Part shown: positions 9,434 to 19,433 of the stretch, piece by piece
How positions within the stretch are numbered: the first letter of the stretch is position 1
Layout: each line of letters starts with the position of its first letter
NCBI GenBank assembly: GCA_052387555.1
Contig: JBQTJB010000006.1
Span: 1-62,422, forward strand
DNA from: Blastocatellia bacterium
GTDB taxonomy: Bacteria > Acidobacteriota > Blastocatellia > Pyrinomonadales > Pyrinomonadaceae
DNA length: 62,422 bases
Direction of reading: 5' to 3'
Position numbers and translations under genes: made by a program
The notes under the pieces: model-generated
What the model was told of the DNA's origin: nothing
Seen by the model: only the letters and a program-made list of their open reading frames with translations
Database searches by the model: none

Positions 9434-9563
9434 TTTTTCCTTCAGACAGAATGTGCTCAGAAAACCTTCAAATATTTCTCACGATTTTCTAAAGATTAAC
9501 TTAAGGTCTTAAGGCTATAAATAAATCATCGGGCGGAAATGAATCCGCAAGCAAGTCGAACGA

Positions 9564-9917
9564 ATGGATTCATTCTATCGCACAAGAGTTACAAAAATGA
9601 ATAGCAAGGATATGCAGTTAACCATAAATAAAGAGATTACATCGGACCGCGTTTCGCACGGCAGCCGTTCGCGCACCAGGGCATTCTGCGTGATATGCGG
9701 AAAACGCGTGCGGCTCATAACGCCGCTGGAAACCGAACAAATTTACAGGGCCAATTGGGTTGAGATATTAAAGGTTCTTGAAAAAAGCGAAATCCACCGG
9801 ATACACAATTCCAACGGATCGATCCTTATATGCGCCAATTCGCTTTTAAAAGCACGGTTGGGGAAGCGAAAGAAAACCTTCGTTGTGTTGAAGCCCTTCG
9901 TTTTTTCAACTTACTAG
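9564..9917 (+). CDS. hypothetical small CxxC protein (paralog A)
   Basis: 117-aa ORF in a lower-GC spacer. Shares the pattern TI..E...C..CG...H..H..GS..IC.NS with the next ORF. A hairpin (9538-9546 with 9566-9574) overlaps the first ATG. An alternative ATG lies at 9597. Confidence 0.4.
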   Translation: MDSFYRTRVTKMNSKDMQLTINKEITSDRVSHGSRSRTRAFCVICGKRVRLITPLETEQIYRANWVEILKVLEKSEIHRIHNSNGSILICANSLLKARLGKRKKTFVVLKPFVFSTY

Positions 9918-9974
9918 GCGATCTGCGTAGAGCGACCAATGACGGATATTTAACTAACCCGAGGTGGATAAGGA

Positions 9975-10235
9975 ATGAAGCATCGGAGAACCGTAACCAT
10001 AGAATTCGAACATGTGAAGGTCACGACAAGTTTCAGAGACGCCCGTAACCTTTGGTGCGATCTATGCGGCGCAAGGTCAGAGTTCATTCATCAGGTACAT
10101 ATGATCGATCTCGAAAAATTAATGCAGATGCAGGGTAAAACGATCGACTGTAACGCTCTACATTTTTATCATCCGACGGGTTCACAGACACTTGTTTGTC
10201 TTAATTCAATCTTTAACGGCGGAAATGCCGGGTAA
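9975..10235 (+). CDS. hypothetical small CxxC protein (paralog B)
   Basis: 86-aa ORF with GAGGTGG upstream. Same motif skeleton as 9564-9917. Confidence 0.45.
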   Translation: MKHRRTVTIEFEHVKVTTSFRDARNLWCDLCGARSEFIHQVHMIDLEKLMQMQGKTIDCNALHFYHPTGSQTLVCLNSIFNGGNAG

Positions 10236-10260
10236 AGCAAAAACAAAAGGAGCAATTAAA

Positions 10261-11496
10261 ATGAGTAATACATTCTTTAATTTAATTCGTAATTTTTCTG
10301 CGAGCAGCCTCGTACTGGTCGTACTTTCAGCGTTCGCTTCAGCAGCAACGCCCACGGTAAGAATAGCTTCCGGTGTAAACGCCGCAGCGATTCAAACCGC
10401 GGTAGACCAATTTCGCACGGATCTGGGCACCCTGAATCCGAACAACGGACAGACATTTCCAGGTGGCCGACGCGAAGTAAACTGGGACGGCGTTCCCGAC
10501 AGCGCTTCGGATCCGAACCTCTTCCCAAACGATTTTTTTAACCGGGTCAGTCCCCGTGGAGTAGTTTTCAACGCTATCGAATCTGGAAATTCCGCGAATG
10601 CATTTTTGGTAAGCGCTGACAATGCGAACTCTACCAATACGGCCGTCCGGTTTGGTTCGATCAACCCGGCCTATTCGACCATCTTTCAGGTGTTTAGCCC
10701 GCAGCGGCTTTTCATGATGAAAAACTCGACTCTGATGGAAACAGTGTTTTTCATCCCCGGAACCAAAATACCTGCGACGGTAAACGGTTTCGGAGTAATT
10801 TTCGCAGACGTCGACAGTAGCACGAATGCAACGATCAAACTTTTCGCCCCAGACGGCTCATTGATCACGGCGCTCGACGCTCCCGCTGCGACAGACGGAT
10901 TGTCTTTTGTCGGAGCATCTTTCACTGATGGAACCCGTATCGCCCGAGTGGTCATCGAAAGCGGAAAGAATATTCTTGCGCCACAGAACGTGGACGGGAC
11001 AAACGGGGTCGATGTAACCGTCATGGATGATTTCATCTACGGCGAACCCCGTGCTTTGGATTTTCATCCGGGGGACGCGGATGGCGACGGCGTGGCCGAT
11101 GCACGAGTTTTCCGTCCAACTACCGGCGAATGGTTCACGCTAAACAGCGGTTCAAATACAGTCAGCATCGAGCAATTCGGATTATACGGCGATGTGCCGG
11201 TCGAAGGAGATTTTGACGGGGATAGACGAGCCGATCTTGCAATCTTCCGGCCAGCCGAAGGCGGTTGGTACATCAAACGGAGCAGTGACGGCACGTTTAT
11301 TACGCAGACGTTCGGAGCGACTGGCGATAAGCCGGTTGCCGGAGACTACGACAAGGACGGCAAGACCGATATTGCTGTATGGAGACCGTCAAACGGAAAC
11401 TACTTCGTTCTTAGAAGCAGCGACAATCAATCAAGCTTCTTCGCGTTTCCGTTCGGAACCAATGGCGACATTCCGGTCATGGCGGGCGCACAGTAA
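10261..11496 (+). CDS. secreted protein with C-terminal FG-GAP/VCBS-like repeats
   Basis: AAAGGAG lies 7 nt before ATG 10261, followed by a signal peptide. There are three repeats of type GD.DGD..AD..(V/I)(F/W)RP..G.W(F/Y). Confidence 0.75.
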   Translation: MSNTFFNLIRNFSASSLVLVVLSAFASAATPTVRIASGVNAAAIQTAVDQFRTDLGTLNPNNGQTFPGGRREVNWDGVPDSASDPNLFPNDFFNRVSPRGVVFNAIESGNSANAFLVSADNANSTNTAVRFGSINPAYSTIFQVFSPQRLFMMKNSTLMETVFFIPGTKIPATVNGFGVIFADVDSSTNATIKLFAPDGSLITALDAPAATDGLSFVGASFTDGTRIARVVIESGKNILAPQNVDGTNGVDVTVMDDFIYGEPRALDFHPGDADGDGVADARVFRPTTGEWFTLNSGSNTVSIEQFGLYGDVPVEGDFDGDRRADLAIFRPAEGGWYIKRSSDGTFITQTFGATGDKPVAGDYDKDGKTDIAVWRPSNGNYFVLRSSDNQSSFFAFPFGTNGDIPVMAGAQ

Positions 11497-11699
11497 CTCG
11501 CAAGCGACGCAGTATCACGTAAATTCGTCTCGCTGTGTTTTTTATAATTATTTATTTCTAGGTGAAGCAAGTAAGAAGTAGTTTTTTGCTTGCTTCGCTT
11601 AATTTAAGAGCAGAGATCAAAGCCGCCTTTGTACGGCTGCGAGACACCATCGTAACGGAAATATTCTGAATAATCTGACTAATAAGGAAAGGAAAAATT

Positions 11700-12245
11700 A
11701 TGTTTGCACTTGAACAGCCTTCGATGGCTTTGAATGATAACCGCGTGCCCGCCCGCACCATGGCAATCAATCGCGCAGTAACACCAGATGAAGGCATTTC
11801 AAGCATTCTTGGTGCAGTGGTGGATGCTGCAAAGGGGACGCCGGAAGGAAAACTGAAGAATCTTGTTATTAATTGCCACGGTACGCCGGGCGAACTCCAA
11901 CTTGGTGTTGGTGTTACCAAGAGTTTAACCGACCGGTTCAAAATGCTCGCGCCAGGCAATAATCCGTTGGTAGGAACGATTTATATAGTGGCTTGTCTCG
12001 TGGCGCGGATAGATGGACCGGGGTCATATACCGATGGCAACCTGTTTTGCTCCGCAATCGCAAAAAACGCCAAGTGCCAGGTGGTGGCTTCCACGGCCGA
12101 GCAAACTATTGGAGGGCCTCCGACGCCTTGGGGCCATTTGGACAGGTTTGAAGGAACGGTGCTTGTTTACGGGCCGGAGGGTAACGTCCTCTCTACATAC
12201 ACGAACCCTTTGTTTGATGCATGGTCATTGAAAAGCCAGCAATAA
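11700..12245 (+). CDS. hypothetical protein, DUF4347-like (His-Gly ... Ala-Cys dyad)
   Basis: LVINCHGTPGELQLG followed about 38 aa later by IYIVACLVA. Good RBS. No signal peptide. Confidence 0.5.
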   Translation: MFALEQPSMALNDNRVPARTMAINRAVTPDEGISSILGAVVDAAKGTPEGKLKNLVINCHGTPGELQLGVGVTKSLTDRFKMLAPGNNPLVGTIYIVACLVARIDGPGSYTDGNLFCSAIAKNAKCQVVASTAEQTIGGPPTPWGHLDRFEGTVLVYGPEGNVLSTYTNPLFDAWSLKSQQ

Positions 12246-12378
12246 ATGGTCGCAAGTAACTGATAACTGGCAGGATCAAAGAAAAAAAAGCGTCGGCAAA
12301 CTGTCTTCTCACTGGTTTTCCGGCATTCTATTATTCCTTTCTTCCAAACCCGGCAACTTTTCGGTATGCTTGCCTTCA

Positions 12379-14166
12379 ATGTCCCCGATCGCAATTACTC
12401 TGATCCTGCTGGTTCTGGCGATTATATTGTTCGCTACAGAAAAGCTGCCGGTCGATGTTGTCGGCATCCTTTTGGTGATCGCGCTTGTGATGACGCAGGT
12501 GCTTACCGTTCAGGAAGGCGTCGCGGGTTTTGGAAATGATGTCGTAATTACTATCGGAGGACTTGTCATACTTGTCGGCGGACTAATTAAAACAGGTCTG
12601 GTCGATCTGATCGGGCGGCGGCTCCATAGAATTGCAGGCGACAGCGAGTTCATTCTCTTGGCTCTGATAATGGCCACAGCCGCCATTTCTGCGTCGGTGC
12701 TGAAAAATACTACGACGACCGCAATGTTCCTTCCGGTCGTCATCGGCCTGGCGGCCAGGGCCAAGATCGCTCCTTCCAAGCTTCTAATGCCGCTTGCGTT
12801 CGGGGCGATCCTCGGCGGAAGCTGCACGCTTATCGGCACATCCACCAACCTCGCGGTCAGCGGAACGATCCAACGCTACGGCTACGAGGCCCTTTCGATG
12901 TTCGAGCTGACTCCGGTCGGCGTAATCGTCGTCGCCGTCGGCATCATCTACATGCTCTTCTTCGGACGAAAGCTTTTGCCGAATCGCGGCGGCGGCGAAT
13001 CATTAACCGACGAGTACAGCATTCGCGAATACATTTCCGAACTGCTTGTGCTCCCGAATTCGAAGCTTGTAGGAAAGACGCTCGGCGAATCAAACATCAG
13101 CACCGAACTCGAACTCACGGTGCTGGGCATAATCCGCAGCGCAGAAAAGCGGATAGCGCCGCGCTCGCACGAGCGTTTGCACGAGGGCGATCTTCTGATC
13201 GTCGAAGGCAAGATTACCGACATATTGCGCGTAAAAGAAGAGATCGGCCTTGAGATAAAACCGGACTTCAAGCTTAACGACGACATTCTGGAAAGCGGGA
13301 GCATCGAGCTTTTCGAGGTGATGGTGATGCGCGATTCGAACCTTACCGGGCAAACATTGAAAACGCTGCGTTTCCGTCAAAACTACGATCTGACCGTGCT
13401 TGCCATTAACCGCCACGGCGAAACATTCTTCAATAAACTTAGCGACTTAACGCTAAAATTCGGTGATGTTTTGCTGGTTCAGGGGACCCGTGAAGAGATC
13501 GAGCCGATGGTCGTCAAAGGCGAGATTCTGCTTCTAGAGGACGTTTCGGCAAGCAGCATGCGGGTAGAAAAACGCAAATGGGCCATCGCCGCGTTTCTCT
13601 TATTTCTCACTCTCTCGATCTCGAAAATTACGGTCGGATTCGATATACCGCTCACTGTCTGCGTTCTGGCCGGCGTGCTTCTGCTGCTTGCGACAAAGAC
13701 GGTTCGATACTCCGAAATGTATTCGCTGATAGATTTTCGGCTGATCGTTTTGATCGCCTGCATGATGAGCTTCGGCGTGGCGATGGAGAAAACCGGAACC
13801 GACCGATATCTTGCAGGTTACATAGAAAACTATTTCGGAGCTTTTGGGCCGACGGCCGTTCTTGCCGGTTTTTTCCTGCTCACTGTTATTCTTACGCAGC
13901 CGATGTCCAATCAGGCGGCAGCCCTCGTCGTGTTGCCGGTTGCGGTTAAGACCGCTGTGGCGTTGGGCCTGAATCCGCGGACTTTTATCGTCGCCGTTAC
14001 GGTTGCCGCCTCGTTTTCATTCATAACGCCGCTCGAACCGGCCTGTGTACTTGTTTACACGCCGGGACGTTACCGGTTTATGGATTTTGTGAAGATAGGG
14101 TTGATACTGACGGTGCTTGTATTTGCGGTTGCAATCGTCCTGGTTCCAATATTTTGGCCCTTCTAG
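12379..14166 (+). CDS. SLC13/DASS family permease with two internal TrkA-C domains
   Basis: Multi-TM N- and C-terminal halves flank two RCK_C-like segments (LVGKTLGE...; LTGQTLKTL...). A TTG alternative start lies at 12370. Confidence 0.8.
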   Translation: MSPIAITLILLVLAIILFATEKLPVDVVGILLVIALVMTQVLTVQEGVAGFGNDVVITIGGLVILVGGLIKTGLVDLIGRRLHRIAGDSEFILLALIMATAAISASVLKNTTTTAMFLPVVIGLAARAKIAPSKLLMPLAFGAILGGSCTLIGTSTNLAVSGTIQRYGYEALSMFELTPVGVIVVAVGIIYMLFFGRKLLPNRGGGESLTDEYSIREYISELLVLPNSKLVGKTLGESNISTELELTVLGIIRSAEKRIAPRSHERLHEGDLLIVEGKITDILRVKEEIGLEIKPDFKLNDDILESGSIELFEVMVMRDSNLTGQTLKTLRFRQNYDLTVLAINRHGETFFNKLSDLTLKFGDVLLVQGTREEIEPMVVKGEILLLEDVSASSMRVEKRKWAIAAFLLFLTLSISKITVGFDIPLTVCVLAGVLLLLATKTVRYSEMYSLIDFRLIVLIACMMSFGVAMEKTGTDRYLAGYIENYFGAFGPTAVLAGFFLLTVILTQPMSNQAAALVVLPVAVKTAVALGLNPRTFIVAVTVAASFSFITPLEPACVLVYTPGRYRFMDFVKIGLILTVLVFAVAIVLVPIFWPF

Positions 14167-15233
14167 ATTTTGCCTGCTTCTGCGAGATGACGCAGCCTGA
14201 AGCCCCGTTTTGCGATAAGCAGCAAACCTATCAGCGCCCAGAACAGAATCCGCCCTTTTCTGATTATCGCCAGCGTGATCCCGATCCCGGCGCCGATGCC
14301 CACCGTTTCCGCGACGAACTGCGCCCCGGCTTCATCGACCCCGACCAGAAACGGCACAAGCTTGAACACGACCGTGACCAACCGGCTTACCGATTCCAGC
14401 AGGAACGCATTCAACGGCGAAGCTGTTTCGCTGATCCGGCTAAGAATAAACAATACTTCCAGTACACCGAGTACGTGATAGCTTGCCTCGAGCGCGCATA
14501 TTGGAATAAAACGCCTCGGATATCTGCGATAAAAACCGTAAATAAGATTTTCGAACAGGCGAACCTGCATTCTCCCGCGTTCAAGAATGCCCCTTAAACG
14601 GCCTCTTCTATAGAGCCATTCGCACGCTTCGCTGGCAAAATGCCATTGTTTTACGATCAAAAGCAGCAAAAATAGGGCCACAGCGATAATAATGCCGATA
14701 AGTACGTCTATTGTAATTACGTAACCGGAATCAAGATCGAAAAAACGTAGAAAAGTAAATGCTCCGAGTATCAAAAAAATGCTTGTAATAAAGCTGTAGA
14801 ACAAATTTTCGGTTGCTACGGAGGAAAGCCCGACGACAAGCGGAACACGCCCGCGAACTGCCACGGCCTTCGACGTGCCGCTGACGAGTATTCCGAGAGG
14901 TATCATGCTGCTCATCGCTTCGCCGATGATCACCGCCGGCACCGTGTCCGACATTCGCAGACTGTACGGCTCGTAAACTGACAGTTTCCACGCCGCTGCC
15001 CGAAGGCAAATACGGATAAAGAAAATCAGTAAAATGGTCGCAAAACCCAGAATGCCAAACCTTTGCACGTTCGAAACGATCTCGGTAACACCGACCGAAT
15101 AGACAAAATAGAAAAAAAGCCCGACGCCGAGCAAGGTCAGCACAGCGCCGAGTATCTTAAGCCTTGCGACATTTTTCCTCGAAATTCTGTTGGGTTTTAA
15201 AACTTGATTCTCGGCCTGCGGTTCGGAATTCAC
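14163..15233 (-). CDS. flippase-like / lysyl-PG-synthase-TM-region (UPF0104) membrane protein
   Basis: Polytopic membrane ORF. Its 4-nt convergent overlap with the permease stop favours it over the antisense ORFs. Confidence 0.6.
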   Translation of the reverse strand: MNSEPQAENQVLKPNRISRKNVARLKILGAVLTLLGVGLFFYFVYSVGVTEIVSNVQRFGILGFATILLIFFIRICLRAAAWKLSVYEPYSLRMSDTVPAVIIGEAMSSMIPLGILVSGTSKAVAVRGRVPLVVGLSSVATENLFYSFITSIFLILGAFTFLRFFDLDSGYVITIDVLIGIIIAVALFLLLLIVKQWHFASEACEWLYRRGRLRGILERGRMQVRLFENLIYGFYRRYPRRFIPICALEASYHVLGVLEVLFILSRISETASPLNAFLLESVSRLVTVVFKLVPFLVGVDEAGAQFVAETVGIGAGIGITLAIIRKGRILFWALIGLLLIAKRGFRLRHLAEAGKI

Positions 15234-15314
15234 GTGCTTTGCCTTCTGCTGATTTGCTGTTTAGAATGGTATTTTATCGAAACTCAAATAACAAAATCGC
15301 ATAAGGAATAAGTT

Positions 15315-16487
15315 ATGAGCACTGCAGCCGGAATTGCATTGGCCAACACGGGTTTGACCACTTTATCGGAAGAAGAAGAATTTTTTCGCGGCTCGGTACG
15401 CGAGTTTGCGGAAGGCGAGGTTCGACCGAGGGTTGAGGCAATGGAGCATGCGTCGAAACTTGACCCCGATCTGATCAAACAGTGTTTCGAACTCGGCCTG
15501 ATGGCTATCGAATCGCCCGAGGAATACGGCGGAGCCGGTTCGACGATCTTCAATGCGATACTTGCAATCGAAGAACTAGCCCGCATCGATGCATCCGTTT
15601 CGGTCTTCGTCGATGTCCACAACACGCTTGTAACAAACGCGTTCATGCGCTGGGCAAGCGATGAGCAAAAGAAAAAATACTTGCCGCAGCTCGCGACCTC
15701 CAAGGTCGGTGCTTATGCGCTCAGCGAAGCGGCGTCCGGTTCCGATGCTTTTGCATTAAAAACCCGTGCGGCCGATAAGGGAGATCATTACGAATTGACT
15801 GGCCAGAAACTCTGGATAACAAACGGCAATGAAGCCGAGATTTTCGTCCTGTTTGCGACGGTCGACCCCGAAGCGGGTTACAAAGGCATCACTGCTTTCA
15901 TCGTCGAAAAAGGTTTCGAAGGCTTTTCGGTCGGCAAAAAGGAAGACAAGCTCGGCATCCGCGCGTCTTCGACCACAGAGCTAATTCTGGACAACTGTAA
16001 AGTGCCGAAAGAGAATGTCTTAGGCGAGGCCGGCAAAGGCTACAAAGTTTCTATCGAAACTTTGAATGAAGGACGCATCGGCATCGGTGCCCAAATGCTC
16101 GGCATCGCCCAGGGAGCCTACGAAGCTGCCCTGAAATACACTCAGGAACGCGAACAGTTCGGCCAAGCTATCAATAATTTTCAGGCCGTCCAGTTCCAGC
16201 TTGCCGAAATGGCCGTCGAGATCGAAGCGACCCGCTTGCTCGTCTATAACGCCGCGCGACTAAAAGATGCCAGCAAGCCTTTCCTCAAGGAAGCCGCGAT
16301 GGCAAAGCTTTACTCATCACGGTGCGCCGAACGCGTCTCGTCCAAAGCCATCGAGCTCTTCGGCGGCTACGGCTACGTGAAAGATTATCCAGTCGAAAAA
16401 TTCTGGCGCGACTCGAAGATCGGCTCGATCTACGAAGGCACCTCGAATATGCAGCTTCAGACGATAGCGAAATTGATAATGAAGTAG
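15315..16487 (+). CDS. acyl-CoA dehydrogenase
   Basis: ACAD pattern throughout (LSEAASGSDA..., WITNG, YEGTSNMQ). Confidence 0.9.
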   Translation: MSTAAGIALANTGLTTLSEEEEFFRGSVREFAEGEVRPRVEAMEHASKLDPDLIKQCFELGLMAIESPEEYGGAGSTIFNAILAIEELARIDASVSVFVDVHNTLVTNAFMRWASDEQKKKYLPQLATSKVGAYALSEAASGSDAFALKTRAADKGDHYELTGQKLWITNGNEAEIFVLFATVDPEAGYKGITAFIVEKGFEGFSVGKKEDKLGIRASSTTELILDNCKVPKENVLGEAGKGYKVSIETLNEGRIGIGAQMLGIAQGAYEAALKYTQEREQFGQAINNFQAVQFQLAEMAVEIEATRLLVYNAARLKDASKPFLKEAAMAKLYSSRCAERVSSKAIELFGGYGYVKDYPVEKFWRDSKIGSIYEGTSNMQLQTIAKLIMK

Positions 16488-16513
16488 ATTGGCTCTAGCG
16501 AGAGTTTGAGCTT

Positions 16514-17050
16514 ATGGTGAGACGAAACAAAGTATTATTAACTTTTTCGCTTGCAATCACGATCAGTGCATTTCTGCTGTCTTTTGCAATATCTTTTCAA
16601 TCGCGTGGACTCGATCAAGGACTCGTCATAGGCGAACATCAATTAGATGAGTTTCAAGCTAAGTTAGGTGTGGAGAAGATAATTTTCTCGATTCATGGGT
16701 ATAGAACCTATGAATTGTTCGCATCATCTTATGGACTCATCAGTTTTCTTTTTGCGTTGATATTAGGAGCCATTATTGCTCAACTAATATTAACCAAAAG
16801 ACGACAGTTGCTCGTATTTATTTTCATATTAAATTCTTTGGTATCGGCCCCGATCCTTTACAATCTTCGGTTTTTGATTCGCGACAAACAGATGGTAGAG
16901 GAATCTTTTTGGGAAACCCCAGGGAATGCATTTGCACGCCTTACTATCAGTTACGATTGGGTTTTAGTGTCATTCGTGCTTATTATTCTCTGCCTGCAGA
17001 CAGTTTCTGTGATTTGGTGGCGGAGAGATATTAACAAAATTGCACCATAA
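16514..17050 (+). CDS. hypothetical membrane protein (lower-GC segment)
   Basis: Four or more hydrophobic segments. A 60-nt line hand-counted in the segment gives about 43% GC. Confidence 0.45.
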   Translation: MVRRNKVLLTFSLAITISAFLLSFAISFQSRGLDQGLVIGEHQLDEFQAKLGVEKIIFSIHGYRTYELFASSYGLISFLFALILGAIIAQLILTKRRQLLVFIFILNSLVSAPILYNLRFLIRDKQMVEESFWETPGNAFARLTISYDWVLVSFVLIILCLQTVSVIWWRRDINKIAP

Positions 17051-17115
17051 AATATCATTCTACAGGTCACTCATATTTCAACCAAAAGCAAAATCATCTA
17101 TGTTAAAATCGCGCT

Positions 17116-17316
17116 ATGGAAACCGTAAACGTCAAGATTTTGGAGCCAAAGATTAAGCGATTGCTCGACGATCTTGAAAGCCTAAAACTTATCGAGTTGG
17201 AAAAACCGGGCGCTGCCAAGAAACCAAAACGCCGCTTTGGCAGCATGAAAGGTCTTGTGGTGCAGATAGCCGATGACTTCGATGCCCCGCTCGAAGACTT
17301 TGAGGATTATATGTGA
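17116..17316 (+). CDS. type II antitoxin (DUF2281/VapB-like)
   Basis: C-terminal FGSMKGLVVQIADDFDAPLEDFEDYM motif. Its stop overlaps the vapC start. Confidence 0.7.
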   Translation: METVNVKILEPKIKRLLDDLESLKLIELEKPGAAKKPKRRFGSMKGLVVQIADDFDAPLEDFEDYM

Positions 17317-17696
17317 TGCGCGTTCTCCTGGATACCCAAATACTCTTGTGGTACTTGGAGGGCAATCAGTCCCTTTCGCGGACGCATCGTGATTTGATAG
17401 TCTTTGCTGATAACGAAGTGTTAGTCAGCATAGCGACACTGTGGGAGATTGCGATCAAGACCAGTACGGGAAAGTTAACGATATCCCGCTCACTTACGGA
17501 AATTCTAAAGCAATTGTCGCTGCAATCCATCGAAATTCTCGGCGTTCAGCCCGGGCATGTTCTGCAGGTCGCAAAACTCGCGTTCCACCATCGCGATCCG
17601 TTCGACCGAATGATAATTGCCCAGTCGAAAGTGGAGTTTCTGCCGGTAATAACTCACGACAAGATTTTCTCCGATTACGGAATAAAGCTGTTGTAA
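17316..17696 (+). CDS. vapC: PIN-domain toxin VapC
   Basis: LLDTQILLW...SIATLWEIAIK...DPFDRMIIAQS. ATG overlaps the antitoxin TGA (ATGTGATG). Confidence 0.85.
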   Translation: MRVLLDTQILLWYLEGNQSLSRTHRDLIVFADNEVLVSIATLWEIAIKTSTGKLTISRSLTEILKQLSLQSIEILGVQPGHVLQVAKLAFHHRDPFDRMIIAQSKVEFLPVITHDKIFSDYGIKLL

Positions 17697-17706
17697 CCGC
17701 GTAGGA

Positions 17707-18234
17707 ATGTCTCAAGAAATCAAAATCCGCCAAGCCACTTCCGAAGACGCGAAAGTGTTAACTGATCTCGCCTACACGACTTTCTGGGACGCGTTTGCGC
17801 ATCATCCGAAAAACGCGCCGGAAGATTTGAATCACTATATGCGTCAGGCGTTCAGTCTCGACCAGATCACCGCAGAACTCGCCGACGAAAAGAGCATTTT
17901 CCTGTTGGCCGAGATCGAAGGCGAGCTTGCCGGTTACGCGAAAGTAATCAACGACAACATCGAACCCGGCATCACAGCGGCGCTCCCCATCGAGCTTTCG
18001 CGGCTTTATTCCCAGCAAAAATTCCTCGGCCAAGGCGTCGGGCAAACGCTGATGGACGCGTGTTTCGAAAAGGCAAAGCAGGAAAATCGCGATGTAATGT
18101 GGCTCGGCGTCTGGGAATTCAACCCGCGTGCACAGAAGTTCTATGAGAAAAACGGTTTTATAGTTGTCGGCAAACACACCTTCCAACTCGGCTCCGACCC
18201 GCAGATTGATCTGCTGATGCAGAAAGAGATTTAA
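17707..18234 (+). CDS. GNAT family N-acetyltransferase
   Basis: Motif A QKFLGQGVGQTLM, and FYEKNGF. Confidence 0.85.
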   Translation: MSQEIKIRQATSEDAKVLTDLAYTTFWDAFAHHPKNAPEDLNHYMRQAFSLDQITAELADEKSIFLLAEIEGELAGYAKVINDNIEPGITAALPIELSRLYSQQKFLGQGVGQTLMDACFEKAKQENRDVMWLGVWEFNPRAQKFYEKNGFIVVGKHTFQLGSDPQIDLLMQKEI

Positions 18235-18312
18235 ACCGGGAACTCAGGCGAGGGCTCCTGAGTTCCAAAGGAAATCTTGCATTTTACCTATAGATGAATT
18301 ATTGTTTCATCC

Positions 18313-19323
18313 ATGCGATATATCAAAAATCCGCCGAATCCTTACAACAAATACTCGGCAGAATACATTGGCGAGCCGCCGCCCACAAAGCTAGAGATCT
18401 TCGAAGAAACAGCTACAAAAAAAGTTATTACTAAAGCTTTCGCATCGGATTGGGAAGGCGGCTGGCGATATACGGTGAACTGCTATCGCGGCTGCATTCA
18501 CGGCTGTACCTATTGCTTTGCACGGCAGTATCACGAATATTTGGGCTACGGCGCGGGTACCGATTTTGAGACAAAGATCGTCGTCAAACCCAACACGCCA
18601 AAGCTTTTACGTGATGAATTAAAGAAGACTCGTACCAAAATGCCTCACATCGATTTTTCGTTCGCAACCGATCCGTATCTGCCGTTCGAGGCCGAGTACA
18701 AGCTGACGCGTAAATGTCTTGAGGTCTGTGCGGAGTTCGGCGTTCCGGTCGGTGTAATTACAAAAGCGCCACTTGTGACACGAGATATTGAAATTCTCAA
18801 AAAACTGAAAGTGACCGTCTTTTTCTCGCTTCCGTTCCTTACAAAAGAAAAATCTAATCCTTTCGAACCCTACACGCCCGTTCCCGAAGCCCGTTTCCGC
18901 GCGATGGAAACAATATCGAATGCAGGCATTCCGGTCGGCATAGGCGTCGCTCCGGTAATTCCGGGCTATAACGAATCGGACATTCCCGGCTTGCTCGAAC
19001 GCGCCAAACAAGCCGGAGCGACGCGCGCCTTTATGTCGATGCTGCACATCGACACCGATTCGATCGAAGACTATTTCGTCGCAAAAATGCACGAGCGGCT
19101 GCCGCCGACCCGCGTTACAAAGATCATTAACACGATAAAACGCGAACGCAACGGCTCGCTCAGGCACAGCACTTATAAAGAGCGCGGCGTCGGCAAAACC
19201 GAGCAGTGGGAAATGACGACAAAACTTTTCGAATTTCACGCCCGCCGTTTAGGATTTCGACAGCACGAAAGAAAGGCCGAACCTGAAACGGTTACCGTAC
19301 CCTTTCAGCAAAAGTTGTTCTGA
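18313..19323 (+). CDS. radical SAM protein (PA0069/SPL-like family)
   Basis: CIHGCTYCF cluster and overall family pattern. Confidence 0.8.
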   Translation: MRYIKNPPNPYNKYSAEYIGEPPPTKLEIFEETATKKVITKAFASDWEGGWRYTVNCYRGCIHGCTYCFARQYHEYLGYGAGTDFETKIVVKPNTPKLLRDELKKTRTKMPHIDFSFATDPYLPFEAEYKLTRKCLEVCAEFGVPVGVITKAPLVTRDIEILKKLKVTVFFSLPFLTKEKSNPFEPYTPVPEARFRAMETISNAGIPVGIGVAPVIPGYNESDIPGLLERAKQAGATRAFMSMLHIDTDSIEDYFVAKMHERLPPTRVTKIINTIKRERNGSLRHSTYKERGVGKTEQWEMTTKLFEFHARRLGFRQHERKAEPETVTVPFQQKLF

Positions 19324-19328
19324 CAAGA

Positions 19329-19411
19329 GGCAGAAACACGACCGGTAGGGAGTGTGCCTTACTTACTACATGTAAACCTTTTACACACTCGTTACTGCTC
19401 GTGTTTCTGCC
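19329..19411. repeat. REP-like inverted repeat (family 2: GGCRGAAACACGACCG.TAGGGAG)
   Basis: ggcagaaacacgaccggtagggagtgtg (19329-19356) against the reverse complement of 19384-19411, 24 of 28 matches by hand. A related copy lies at 36245-36274. Confidence 0.8.
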
Positions 19412-19433
19412 TGATGTTCGCTAATCTAGTTTT

